Part shown: positions 50,007 to 61,683 of the stretch, in pieces | Layout of the letters: each line of letters begins with the position of its first letter | Position numbering within the stretch: the first letter of the stretch is position 1 | Assembly: GCA_965261735.1 (NCBI GenBank) | Contig: OZ253470.1 | Coordinates: forward strand, 2,368,001-2,432,000 | Length of the DNA stretch: 64,000 nt | Direction: 5' to 3' | Origin: Alphaproteobacteria bacterium | GTDB lineage: Bacteria; Pseudomonadota; Alphaproteobacteria; SHVV01 | Made by a program: the position numbers and the translations under genes | Notes under the pieces: model-generated | What the model was told of the DNA's origin: nothing | The model's input: only the letters and a program-made list of their open reading frames with translations | Database searches by the model: none

Positions 50007-52346
50007 CTATTCGGCGGCGCGCCGGGGGGTGGCGGGCGCGCCCGAGTCGGCGGCGGCCCGCGAGGCGCTCTCGGCATCGGCCGAGCGCGCGGCGAGGCGC
50101 AGCGCCTGGTCGCGCGCAGGGATATAGGGGTTGGGCCAGACCTGGTCGGCATAGCCGTAGTGGGCGGCGGCGCGCAGCGTGAAATGGGGATCGGTGAGAT
50201 GGGGCCGGCCGAGCGCGCATAAGTCGGCGCGGCCCGCGGCGATGATGGTGTTGATTTGGTCGGGGCTCGTGATGTTACCGACCGCGATGGTCGGAATGCC
50301 GGCCTCGTTGCGAATCTGGTCGGCGAAGGGTGTCTGGAACATGCGCCCGTAGAGCGGCTGCGCCTCGATCGTGGTCTGGCCCGCGGAGACGTGCACGATG
50401 TCGCAGCCGTGGGCCGCGAGCGCAGTTGCGATGCGCACTGAATCGTCGCCCCCGAGCCCGCCTTCGGCCCAGTCGGTGGCTGAGATGCGCACCGAGATCG
50501 GCTTGTGCGCGGGCCACGCCTCGCGCACCGCCTCGAGCACCTCGAGCGGATAGCGCAGCCGGTTGGCGGGGGTGCCGCCATAGCGGTCGCCACGCCCGTT
50601 GGTCAGCGGCGAGAGAAAGCTCGACAGCAGATAACCGTGCGCGCAGTGCAGCTCGAGGGCGTCGAACCCCGCGGCCTCGGCCATCTCGGCCGCGGCGACG
50701 AAGGCCTCGCGCACCTCGCGCATCTTGGCCCGGTCCATCTCGATCGGCACTTGGTGGCGCGGCGTGTAGGGCACCGGCGAGGCCGAGTAGACGGGCCAGT
50801 TGCCGTGCGCCAGCGGCTCGTCAGCGCCCTCCCAGCCCAGGCCGGTCGAGCCCTTGCGCCCGCAGTGGCCGAGCTGCAGCGCGATTCGCGCCCGGCTGTG
50901 GGCGTGCACGAAGTCGACGATACGCTTCCACGCCGCGACGTGTTCAGGTGCGTAAATGCCGGTGCACCCGAGCGTGATACGCCCCTCGGCGGAGACGCAG
51001 GTCATCTCGGTGATGACCAGGCCGGCACCGCCCCGCGCCAGCGCGCCGAGATGCACCAGGTGCCATTCGCCGGGCACGCCGTCGACCGCGCAGTATTGGT
51101 CCATGGGCGAGACCACGACACGGTTGTCCACCACCATATCGCGCAGGCGGAAAGGGGTGAACATCGGCGGGCGCGCCGGCTCGAGCGGGACATCGAATCC
51201 CTGGCTCGCGCGCACGTGGCCGGCCCACCATCTGTCGACCCCGTCGATATAGGGAGCGTCGCGCAGTTTTAGGTTCTCGTAGGTTACCTGTTTGCTGCGT
51301 GAGAGCAGGCTGAACGCGAGCTGCATCGGCTCCATGCGCCAGTAGCGCTCGACATTCTCGAACCACACGAGGCTGAAATCGGCGGCGCGCTGGGTGATCT
51401 CGACCTCGAGGCGGCGCACCGCCTCGAAGCGGTCGAGGGCGCCGTCGACGTCGTCCGGGCAGGACTGGAACGCGTCGAATAGGGCGATCGCGTCCTCCAT
51501 GGCGAGCTTGGTGCCCGAGCCGATGGAGTAGTGCGCCGTATGCAGGGCGTCGCCGATCAGCGCGATATTACCGTGGTGCCAGCGCTCGTTGCGAATGGTC
51601 GGAAAAGTGCGCCACACGGAGCGGTTCGCGAGCAGCGGATGGCCGTCGAGCTCGTCGGCGAAGACATCCTGGCAGAAGGCGAGCGTATCGGCCTCGCTCG
51701 CCTTGTCGAGCTTCGCCCGGCGCCACGTCTCTTCCGTGGCCTCGACGACGATCGTAGCCAGCCCCCGGTCGTAGCTGTAGGCGGCGAGCTGGAAGATGCC
51801 GTGCGGGGTTTCGCGAAAGCTGAACAGGAAGGACGAGAAGTACTTGGTGGTGCCGAGCCACACGAACTTGTTCTTGCGCCAGTCGAAGGTGGGCCGGAAG
51901 TGTTCCTGGTAGCGTTCGCGGACGGCGCTATTGATGCCGTCGGCGGCGAGCACCAGATCAGCATCGCGAAATTGCTCGACGTCGCTGACCTCGCTCTCGA
52001 ATCGCATCGTCACACCGAGATCGGCGCAGCGCTCCTGCAAGATTTTCAACAGCTCGACCCGGTAGATCCCGGCAAAGCCGTGGCCGCCCGAGCGAACGAC
52101 GGCACCCTTGGCATGAACCTCGATGGCATCCCAGTAGGCGAAGCCGCTGGTGATCCGCTCGTAGGTCTCGGCGTCGTAGGCGCGGAAGCGGCCGAGGGTT
52201 TCGTCTGAGAACACCACGCCGAAGCCGAAGGTATCGTCGGCCCGGTTGCGCTCGTAGATCGTGATGTCGTGCTCCGGGTCGGCCTTCTTCATAAGGATGC
52301 TGAAATAGAGGCCGGCCGGGCCCGCACCGACGACGACGATTCTCAT
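50007..52346 (-). CDS. Bifunctional anthraniloyl-CoA/salicylyl-CoA monooxygenase-reductase (FAD monooxygenase plus old-yellow-enzyme domain)
   Basis: GAGPAGLY, DTFGFGVVFSD, TAHYSIGSGTKLAMED; NRVVVSPM, ELHCAHGYLLSSFLSP, RPHL.DP. Confidence 0.9.
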   Translation of the reverse strand: MRIVVVGAGPAGLYFSILMKKADPEHDITIYERNRADDTFGFGVVFSDETLGRFRAYDAETYERITSGFAYWDAIEVHAKGAVVRSGGHGFAGIYRVELLKILQERCADLGVTMRFESEVSDVEQFRDADLVLAADGINSAVRERYQEHFRPTFDWRKNKFVWLGTTKYFSSFLFSFRETPHGIFQLAAYSYDRGLATIVVEATEETWRRAKLDKASEADTLAFCQDVFADELDGHPLLANRSVWRTFPTIRNERWHHGNIALIGDALHTAHYSIGSGTKLAMEDAIALFDAFQSCPDDVDGALDRFEAVRRLEVEITQRAADFSLVWFENVERYWRMEPMQLAFSLLSRSKQVTYENLKLRDAPYIDGVDRWWAGHVRASQGFDVPLEPARPPMFTPFRLRDMVVDNRVVVSPMDQYCAVDGVPGEWHLVHLGALARGGAGLVITEMTCVSAEGRITLGCTGIYAPEHVAAWKRIVDFVHAHSRARIALQLGHCGRKGSTGLGWEGADEPLAHGNWPVYSASPVPYTPRHQVPIEMDRAKMREVREAFVAAAEMAEAAGFDALELHCAHGYLLSSFLSPLTNGRGDRYGGTPANRLRYPLEVLEAVREAWPAHKPISVRISATDWAEGGLGGDDSVRIATALAAHGCDIVHVSAGQTTIEAQPLYGRMFQTPFADQIRNEAGIPTIAVGNITSPDQINTIIAAGRADLCALGRPHLTDPHFTLRAAAHYGYADQVWPNPYIPARDQALRLAARSADAESASRAAADSGAPATPRRAAE

Positions 52347-52395
52347 GGCCTTGCTCCCCGCGAGGCGACGATGGCCGGTCGCACGACGAGGCCGC

Positions 52396-52452
52396 GCACC
52401 GGCGGCGCACGCACCGGCGGCGCAGGCACCGGCGGTGCAAGCACCGCCGACG
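52396..52452. repeat. 15-bp tandem repeat, about 3.8 units
   Basis: GCACCGGCGGCGCAC GCACCGGCGGCGCAG GCACCGGCGGTGCAA GCACCGCCGACG. Confidence 0.8.
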
Positions 52453-52455
52453 ATA

Positions 52456-52473
52456 TAGTTTAAGTATAAAGTA
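52456..52473. promoter_or_regulatory. AT-rich imperfect palindrome, candidate operator
   Basis: TAGTTTAAGTATAAAGTA (TTTA-N4-TAAA core) in a divergent intergenic region. Confidence 0.35.
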
Positions 52474-52555
52474 GTTCGAGGGAAAGCCGATTCGAGAAAC
52501 ATCGAGGGGCGGCGCCTCGCTTGCGTGGCGCGGCGCCCCTTGTAGAGTGCGGGCG

Positions 52556-53749
52556 ATGTCGCGCCCCCACTACCCCCCTATCCACCTGCTGCCGCGCCAA
52601 GGCGGGCGCGTACGCCGCGGCCACCCATGGGTCTACGCCAACGAGCTCAACCTCGACGCGGAAGCCAAGGCGGTCGCGCCCGGCTCGCTCGTTACGTTGT
52701 GTGCCGAAGACGGCAGCCCCGTGGGCATCGCCAGCTTCAACTGGAAGTCGTTGATCGCGGCGCGCCTCTTCACGCCGGATGCGCGCGCGGTGATCGACGC
52801 CGCGTTCTTGGCCGAGCGCCTCGAAGCGGCGCTCCGCCGGCGCGAACGGTGGTTCGATACGCCTTTCTACCGCCTCGTCCACTCCGAGGGCGACGGCCTG
52901 CCGGGGCTGATCATCGACAGGTTGGGGGATATCCTCGTCGGCCAGATCAACACGGCTGCCATGGCGGGTCTCGAAGCACCACTGCTCGCGGCCCTGGACC
53001 AGGTGCTCGATCCGCACGCCGTGGTGTGGCGCAACGATCGTGCCGTCCGCGCCCTCGAGGGGCTGGACGCGCATGTGCGCATAGCCAAGGGCGCGGTCAG
53101 CGAGGCCCCGGAGCTCGACGAAGATGGCGTGGTCTTCCCGGTCGATGTGCTCGAGGGCCAGAAGACGGGCTGGTTCTTCGACCAGCGCCCGGCGCGCGCC
53201 ATGGTGGCCCGGCTTGCGCGCGGCCGCCGCGTGCTCGACCTCTACGCCTATAGCGGTGGATTCGCGGTTCGTGCCGCGGCCGCAGGCGCCGCCGAAGTGG
53301 TCGCGATCGAGCGTTCGCAAGCGGCGCTCGCCCTGGCACAGCGGGCCCTGTCGCGCAACGCCCTCGACGGCCGCTGCGATCTGCGGCGCGGCGAGGCCTT
53401 CGCGGAAATGGGTCGTCTTGGTGCCGCCGGCGAAGGCTTCGATATCGTGATCGCCGACCCGCCCGCCTTCGTGCGCTCGCGCAAGGAATTGGGGGCCGGC
53501 CTCAAGGGCTACCGCAAGCTCGCGCGGTTGGCCGGCGCTCTGGTCGCGCCGGGCGGGCTCCTCTTTCTGGCTTCCTGCTCGCACCTCGTCGATGGCGTGG
53601 CGCTGGCCGCCGAAATCCGCCGCGGCTTGACCGCGGCGCGGCGCTCAGGCCGCATCCTGGCCAGCGGCGGCGCCGGCCCCGATCACCCTGTCCACGCGTT
53701 CCTACCCGAGACCGCCTACCTCAAGTGGCAGCTGATCGAGCTCGATTGA
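52556..53749 (+). CDS. rlmI: RlmI-like SAM-dependent rRNA methyltransferase
   Basis: GHPWVYANE PUA domain, SEGDGLPGL, GQKTGWFFDQR, DPPAF, DHPV....PET.YLK. Confidence 0.85.
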   Translation: MSRPHYPPIHLLPRQGGRVRRGHPWVYANELNLDAEAKAVAPGSLVTLCAEDGSPVGIASFNWKSLIAARLFTPDARAVIDAAFLAERLEAALRRRERWFDTPFYRLVHSEGDGLPGLIIDRLGDILVGQINTAAMAGLEAPLLAALDQVLDPHAVVWRNDRAVRALEGLDAHVRIAKGAVSEAPELDEDGVVFPVDVLEGQKTGWFFDQRPARAMVARLARGRRVLDLYAYSGGFAVRAAAAGAAEVVAIERSQAALALAQRALSRNALDGRCDLRRGEAFAEMGRLGAAGEGFDIVIADPPAFVRSRKELGAGLKGYRKLARLAGALVAPGGLLFLASCSHLVDGVALAAEIRRGLTAARRSGRILASGGAGPDHPVHAFLPETAYLKWQLIELD

Positions 53750-54676
53750 TCGAGCCCATCGGCCGACGGGGGCGACGACGCATCCGGCGGGTAGCATCCC
53801 GCCGCTCACGAAGCCTTAACGACACTGTGCCACATTGCCCGGGCCGCACCCCAAGGAGGCGTGGATTCCGGTTCCTCGGGATCCGGGGAGCTCCACCACA
53901 AGGTCGCCAGGAGGCCAGCACGATGGCGATGGAGAAGAACGCCACTAGCGCCCGCCGCGCGCCGCGAGAGGTTGCGGAGGAAGGCGCGGTTTTGGCACAG
54001 GCCGTTGTCGACAACCTCGTCGATGGCGTGATCGTCATCGACTCGCGCGGCACCGTCGAGACCTTCAATCCCGCGGCCACTCGGATGTTCGGCTACGCCG
54101 CCGCCGAGGTCGTCGGTCACAACGTCAAAAAGTTGATGCCCGAGCCCACCCGCGAGGAGCACGACGGCAACATCGGCAATTACCTGAAGACCGGCAAGGC
54201 GAAGATCATCGGCATCGGGCGCGAAGTAACGGCGCTGCACAAGGACGGCATCCATTTCCCGATCGACCTGACGATCACCGAGATGACCATCGCCGACCAG
54301 CCGAAGTTCGTCGGCATCACGCGCGACCTCACGGAACACAAGCAGGCGGCCGCGTTGATCGCGGAACAAAGCCGCGCTCTCCTCGAATTGTCGACCCCGG
54401 TCATCAGCGTATGGGATGAGATCGTGCTGCTGCCGATCATCGGCGTCATCGACAGCGGGCGTGCCCAGCAGATCATCGAGAATCTCCTCGGCAGCATCGT
54501 CCGCACCGAATCCCGCGTCGCCATCATCGACGTCACCGGCGTGCCCGTTATCGATACCATGGTGGCACACCACCTGTTGAAGACGGTCGCCGCGGCAAAG
54601 ATGCTCGGAACTCAAGTTGTTCTCGCCGGAATCAGCCCGGAGATCGCACAAACTCTCGTTAAGCTAAGGATCGACC

Positions 54677-55781
54677 CTTGCATATCCGGTTAACACCCAT
54701 GACCGCTACATGTAGGGTGCCGCCACTCTCCCGAGTAAAGCTCGGCATAGGTTGGAGCAGAGGTGTCGCCCGCGATGCCGAGCAATGAGCGGAAGGCGTT
54801 GAACGGGTAGAACCGCCTGTTGAAGCGGAAGGTGAACTCGTTGAGGTAGGCTTGTAGGTGCTGGTGGCTAACGCCGTGGTGGATACCGATCAGCCACGTC
54901 TTCAGGTTGGCGAAAACCAGATGGATGATCGGCAGGTATTGCTCGGCAACCTCTGGATCACCACACTCGGCAACAGCGAAGTGCTCATAGCCGCGCTTAC
55001 CGAGGCCAGCATAGCCGCTCCAATCGTCAGTAACGATCAGCGATCGCGGTGCGACGGTGCTCTCGACGAACCCACAGAGCGACTCGGCGCTACGGTCGAG
55101 CACGACGGCGAGCCGAACGCGTCCGGCATAGCGTCCGTCTTTCCGGTTGTCGAGCTTGGTGCCCGGCTTTCGATGACGCACCTCGATGGCACAGGAGACG
55201 GGAACCTTGTGGTGAACACCACGGCCTTCCCCACGCGTTCGCCCGCCAACCCAGGTTTCGTCCACCTCAACATGGTTCTTGGGCTGTCCACCGATCCTGT
55301 CTTGGTTGGGCCGCACCATGCCCGAGCGGAGCTTGTGGAGAATTTGAAAGGCCGTCTCGTAGCGCGAAAGACCAAGTTGCCGCTGAAACTGCACGGCGGA
55401 CATGCCGGGCGTCTGACTGGCGACCAGATAAGCGGCCCAGAACCAGACGTTCAGCGGAGTGTGGCTACGCTCCATCACTGTTCCCACCGTCAGCCCGGTG
55501 TTCTGGCGGCACTTGCGGCAGCGCAGGACGCCAGGGCGGTTTTCAAAGTGGAACGGCTCTCCCGCCGTGCCGCAGTGCGGGCAGGCAAAGCCGTCTCCCC
55601 AGCGGGCTTTCTCCAGGTAGGCGGCGCAGGCCGCATCATCGGGGAAAAGTCGCTGGAACTCGGGTAGCGAATGCGGGAATGGGAGATCGGCGCGGTCGAG
55701 AACATCCATGGCGCGCTCCCCTATATCCGGGTTGCGCCCATTCTAGCCCTAGTGGGTGTGGGTGTAAACCGGATAGGCAAG
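54677..55781 (-). mobile_element. IS1595-family insertion sequence, copy 3 (1105 bp)
   Basis: IRs CTTGCATATCCGGTT / AACCGGATAGGCAAG; TSD GATCGACC at 54669-54676 and 55782-55789. Confidence 0.93.
54690..55709 (-). CDS. IS1595-family transposase
   Basis: Identical to the copy 1 protein except the last residue. Confidence 0.92.
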   Translation of the reverse strand: MDVLDRADLPFPHSLPEFQRLFPDDAACAAYLEKARWGDGFACPHCGTAGEPFHFENRPGVLRCRKCRQNTGLTVGTVMERSHTPLNVWFWAAYLVASQTPGMSAVQFQRQLGLSRYETAFQILHKLRSGMVRPNQDRIGGQPKNHVEVDETWVGGRTRGEGRGVHHKVPVSCAIEVRHRKPGTKLDNRKDGRYAGRVRLAVVLDRSAESLCGFVESTVAPRSLIVTDDWSGYAGLGKRGYEHFAVAECGDPEVAEQYLPIIHLVFANLKTWLIGIHHGVSHQHLQAYLNEFTFRFNRRFYPFNAFRSLLGIAGDTSAPTYAELYSGEWRHPTCSGHGC

Positions 55782-55880
55782 GATCGACCTATCAGCCGTG
55801 CACTGTGCGGGATCGCTCCGCGCCGCCATGGCCGAGGCTTTGCGTGCCGTGGGTCACAAACTCAGCACCGAGGCCGCGCC

Positions 55881-56234
55881 GTGAAGGTTCCGATACTGAA
55901 GCTCGGTGACATCCTGCTGACCTCGATTCAGGTCGAACTTACCGACCAGGAGGCGCTCGAGTTTCAGGCCTACGTCACGCAAACCATCAGCAGGACCGGC
56001 GCCCGCGGCTTGGTGATCGATATCACGGCCCTCGACGTGGTCGACTCCTACCTCGCGCGCGTCCTCAACGATACCGCCAACATGGCCCAGCTTCTCGGGG
56101 CCAAGGCCGTACTCTGCGGCATGCAGCCGCTCGTTGCGCTGGCCCTCGTCGAAATGGGACGTGAGCTGATCGGCGTCGATACCGCGCTTCACCTCGACCA
56201 GGCCATGACCACGCTGCGGCAACAGCTCGGTTGA
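55881..56234 (+). CDS. rsbS: RsbS-like STAS antagonist
   Basis: VPILKLGDILLTSIQ, IDITALDVVDSY (phospho-Ser site), GMQP.VA..LVEMG. Confidence 0.88.
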   Translation: MKVPILKLGDILLTSIQVELTDQEALEFQAYVTQTISRTGARGLVIDITALDVVDSYLARVLNDTANMAQLLGAKAVLCGMQPLVALALVEMGRELIGVDTALHLDQAMTTLRQQLG

Positions 56235-56257
56235 GCGCGCCCGTGCAGACACTCGCC

Positions 56258-56693
56258 ATGGGCAAGACGACGACTCTCCCCATAATCAAGGACGCGGACG
56301 TGATCCTCGCGCGCGCCGCCGGACGCGAGATCGCCCGCGATCTCGGCTTTAGCGCCGCAGATCAGACGCGGCTCGCGACAGCCATCTCCGAGCTCACGCG
56401 CAACGTTCTGTGCCACGCCGGCACGGGCGAGTGCAGCATCACCGATGACTCCGATTTCCACCTCGCCGTGGTCGGTGTGGTGGTCGACGATACCGGGCCA
56501 GGCATCCCCGACGTCGACCTTGCGATGCAGGACGGCTTCTCCACCGGCGGCAGCCTCGGGTGGCGGGCTACCCGGAACAAGGAGGCTCGTGCACGACTTC
56601 TCGATCGAGAGCAGTCCTGACGGTACGAGGGTCGCGATCGCCATGGTCCGGCGCAAGACCGAAGCACCACCGCCGGCAGTTGCGTACGCTTAG
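56258..56693 (+). pseudogene. rsbT: RsbT-like serine/threonine kinase, frameshifted near 56558
   Basis: ATAISELTRN, DTGPGI, DGFSTGGSLG then GLPGTRRLVHDF in a shifted frame; one extra base in a G-rich tract. Confidence 0.82.
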
Positions 56694-56722
56694 CGCAGGC
56701 GGCCCACCCATGCGAGCTAGCC

Positions 56723-57343
56723 ATGTCTGACCGAGCGAGGCGGGCAGAGTACGGTGCCCTCGACGGCCAGATCGGGCGTGCCATGCGCAGTCGGCGCGGC
56801 GACCCCCATTGCGGCGACGCCTGCACCGGATGGCGGGGGCATGGCCGGGTGACGTTGTGTATGGTCGACGGCCTTGGGCACGGGCAGGAAGCGGAGGCCG
56901 CCGCGCTCGCCGCCCTTGCGTACGTCGGCGATCGCCAGGCGCACGCACTGGCCGAGGTTTTTTCGGGATGCGACGAGGCGCTGCGCGAGACCCGCGGCGC
57001 TGCCATGGGCATCGCCATCATCGAGGAGGCGACCGGCCGACTCTCCTACGCCGGCGTTGGCAACACGCGCGCCCTAGTCGCCGGGGCCCGAACGATCAGA
57101 CTCCCGGAAAGCCGCGGCATCGTTGGCGGCGGCTTCGGCGCGCTCTGTACCGAGAGCACAATGCTCCGCCCCGGCGCATTGGTCGTGATGGCGACCGATG
57201 GCATTGCCGCCAACCTCGACATCGTCGACTACGACCCCACCCTGTGGGCCCGCCCGCAGGGTCTAGCCGATCTGATCCTGCGCGATTGGCGTCACAACGA
57301 CGACGACGCCGCCGTCTTCGTGTTCCGCTTCGCGGGGATGTGA
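56723..57343 (+). CDS. rsbX: RsbX-like PP2C/SpoIIE phosphatase
   Basis: CGD, VDGLGHG, TRGAAM, AGVGN, ATDG, DDAA. Confidence 0.85.
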   Translation: MSDRARRAEYGALDGQIGRAMRSRRGDPHCGDACTGWRGHGRVTLCMVDGLGHGQEAEAAALAALAYVGDRQAHALAEVFSGCDEALRETRGAAMGIAIIEEATGRLSYAGVGNTRALVAGARTIRLPESRGIVGGGFGALCTESTMLRPGALVVMATDGIAANLDIVDYDPTLWARPQGLADLILRDWRHNDDDAAVFVFRFAGM

Positions 57344-58587
57344 TGGCCGCGCTGTTCCCTGGAAGCCGCTATTATGTCGCGCTCAGCAATTATCTTACCG
57401 AGCCGCACGAGAAGCATTTGCTCAGTGCGCAGGAATTGGGTCGTGAGCTCGTCGCCAGGGACGTACCGCCGGAGGAAATCGGCGCCCTGCATGACGACGC
57501 GATGGCCCGCCTTACTTTCGAGCTCGTTCGTCATGAGCCGAGTGTTATCCTGCGCCGCACCACCGCCGTGCTGCTCGAAGTGCTCATGGCGTATGGACTT
57601 GCGTTCCGCCAACAGGTGGCCGAGCTGAAGCGCCGGGAGTTGGCGCTACAGGAGAGCGAAGCTCGTTTCCGCAGCATGACCGCCAACGTCCCGGGAGCCA
57701 TCTTCCGGCGTGAGCTAGCCTCCGATGGCGTTCCGCATATGCCCTTCGTCAGCCCCCGCTTTGCCCGATTATTCGGTCATAGTCCCGAGGCCGTCATGGG
57801 CGACCCTGGCTTCTTCAAGCACCACCTATCCGGAGAGGACCACAGGCGGCTCGAAAAGGCGATGCGGCAGTCGTGCAAGGGACTCGAAGCGCTCGACATC
57901 GAGGTCCTGCTCGCCGCACCCGATGGGCCGGCGAAATGGATGCGCACGATCGCCCAGCCGAGGCGGCTCGCGAGCGGCGACACGGCCTGGGACGGCATTT
58001 TCCTCGATGTAACCGAACACAAGCACGCGCGCGAACGAATCGAGCACCTCGCCCACCACGATCCCCTTACCGACCTTCCCAACCGTCACGTGCTCAACGA
58101 TCTGCTCGAGCGCACTTTGGCTCGCCACCAGCGCTATCGCCGCCAGTTCGCCGTGCTGTGGATAGACCTCGACGGCTTCAAGGCAATCAACGACGGCTTC
58201 GGACACGCCGCCGGCGATGCCGTCCTGTGCGAGGTGGCGGCGCGTCTTACTGCGAGCCTGCGTGGGATCGACACCGTCGCCCGGATCGGCGGCGACGAGT
58301 TCATTATCGTGGTCGAGGACATCAACCGGCGCGCCGACGTGGACGTCGTGGCGCGCAAGGTGCAAAAGGCCTTGGCCCGCCCCATGCTGGTGCACGATCA
58401 TCGCCATCACACGGGCGCGAGCATCGGTATCGCGCTATTCCCCGGCGACGGCCAAGACGCCGAGTCGCTGCTGCGGAACGCGGATCGCGCCATGTATCGG
58501 ATCAAGGAATCCAGGCACGGTGCAGGCCGCCGGTACGGCGACGCCGACTCGAGCGCCCCATCACCAGGGTTGGCTCCCGCTCGCTGA
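57343..58587 (+). CDS. RsbU_N-PAS-GGDEF diguanylate cyclase
   Basis: N-terminal Y..ALSNYL...LGRELV..DVPPEEI..LH; PAS domain; HDPLT.LPNR, DLDGFK.IND.FGH, RGID I-site, RIGGDEF. Confidence 0.88.
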   Translation: MAALFPGSRYYVALSNYLTEPHEKHLLSAQELGRELVARDVPPEEIGALHDDAMARLTFELVRHEPSVILRRTTAVLLEVLMAYGLAFRQQVAELKRRELALQESEARFRSMTANVPGAIFRRELASDGVPHMPFVSPRFARLFGHSPEAVMGDPGFFKHHLSGEDHRRLEKAMRQSCKGLEALDIEVLLAAPDGPAKWMRTIAQPRRLASGDTAWDGIFLDVTEHKHARERIEHLAHHDPLTDLPNRHVLNDLLERTLARHQRYRRQFAVLWIDLDGFKAINDGFGHAAGDAVLCEVAARLTASLRGIDTVARIGGDEFIIVVEDINRRADVDVVARKVQKALARPMLVHDHRHHTGASIGIALFPGDGQDAESLLRNADRAMYRIKESRHGAGRRYGDADSSAPSPGLAPAR

Positions 58588-58723
58588 TCTGAGATTGAGC
58601 GGCCGGCGGCGCTGCGCCTTGCGCCGGCGACCTGGAAACGCTGGTCTTAAACCCGTGCCGCGACGATAATCCGCCCCCGCGCCGCCGACGGCTGCGCGAT
58701 CGCAACGGCGTGGTGGTTTGGAC

Positions 58724-61042
<2,319 letters not shown>

Positions 61043-61134
61043 GGCTGGCAGGGGCGCCGCCGGCCTCCCCCCTCCCGCTCGGCGGGAATGTGGGGAGGGG
61101 GGCGGGGCACAGGCGTACGCTAGATACCCAGCCC

Positions 61135-61166
61135 CGTCATGGCCGGGCTTGACCCCGCCATCCACG
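61135..61166 (+). repeat. CGTC-tagged palindromic repeat (left)
   Basis: CGTCATGGCCGGGCTTGACCCCGCCATCCACG. Confidence 0.8.
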
Positions 61167-61169
61167 TCC

Positions 61170-61458
61170 TTACGCGAGTCGGTCGTAAAGGTCTTCCCGA
61201 CCGGGGTTCGCATCGAGGATCAGCCGCACTTTCCAGGAGCGGGGCCAGTGCTTCAGGTTCTTCTCGTGCTGTATGGCGGAGCGGATGTCCTCGTGTCCGC
61301 TCGATGTAGACGAGCCGCTTGAGGCCGTAGCGCTTCGTGAACCCCTCGGCCACGCCCGCACGGTGCTCCCGGATGCGGCGGGCAGGATCGCTCGTCACGC
61401 CGACATAGAGCGTGCCGTTGGGCCTGTTCGTCATGATATAGACCCAGCCGTCCGGCAT
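61170..61458 (-). pseudogene. GIY-YIG nuclease family protein, frameshifted near 61296
   Basis: WVYIMTNRPNGTLYVGVTSD..RR..EH, FTKRYGLKRLVY; continues HEDIRSAIQHEKNLKHWPRSWK..LI...NP in a shifted frame. Confidence 0.85.
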
Positions 61459-61503
61459 CCTATGACCCTAGAGGTGCCTCGATGGTTTCGCCACCACCCC
61501 TCC

Positions 61504-61533
61504 TGGATGGCCGGGTCGAGCCCGGCCATGACG
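61504..61533 (-). repeat. CGTC-tagged palindromic repeat (right, inverted)
   Basis: Reverse complement reads CGTCATGGCCGGGCTCGACCCGGCCATCCA. Confidence 0.8.
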
Positions 61534-61683
61534 GGCGGACGGAGACGTGAATCTTGGGACATCGTCGGCCTCCTCAGGACCCCATGACGGAATATCCCGG
61601 GAGCGCCGTCACCTGATGATGGAGCCGTCCGGTGCGCGTCTTGCCTTCGCTTCACCGCCTGTTCCCCGCTGGAGCCCGCCAAA

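Larger units (their letters stand above)
53923..55884 (+). pseudogene. rsbR: RsbR-like PAS-STAS stressosome sensor interrupted by IS1595 copy 3
   Basis: FixL-like PAS; LELSTPVI, IIDVTGVPVIDT STAS; removing the IS restores ...KLRIDLSAVHCAGSLRAAMAEAL...* ending 55884. Confidence 0.85.

Noticed and set aside
52396-52452. Tandem repeat as a CRISPR array
   Set aside because: Units are 15 bp and contiguous, with no spacers and no cas genes
58583-58597. GCTGATC..GATTGA resembling the rlmI 3' end as an island boundary for the stressosome block
   Set aside because: Too short and gapped to be significant
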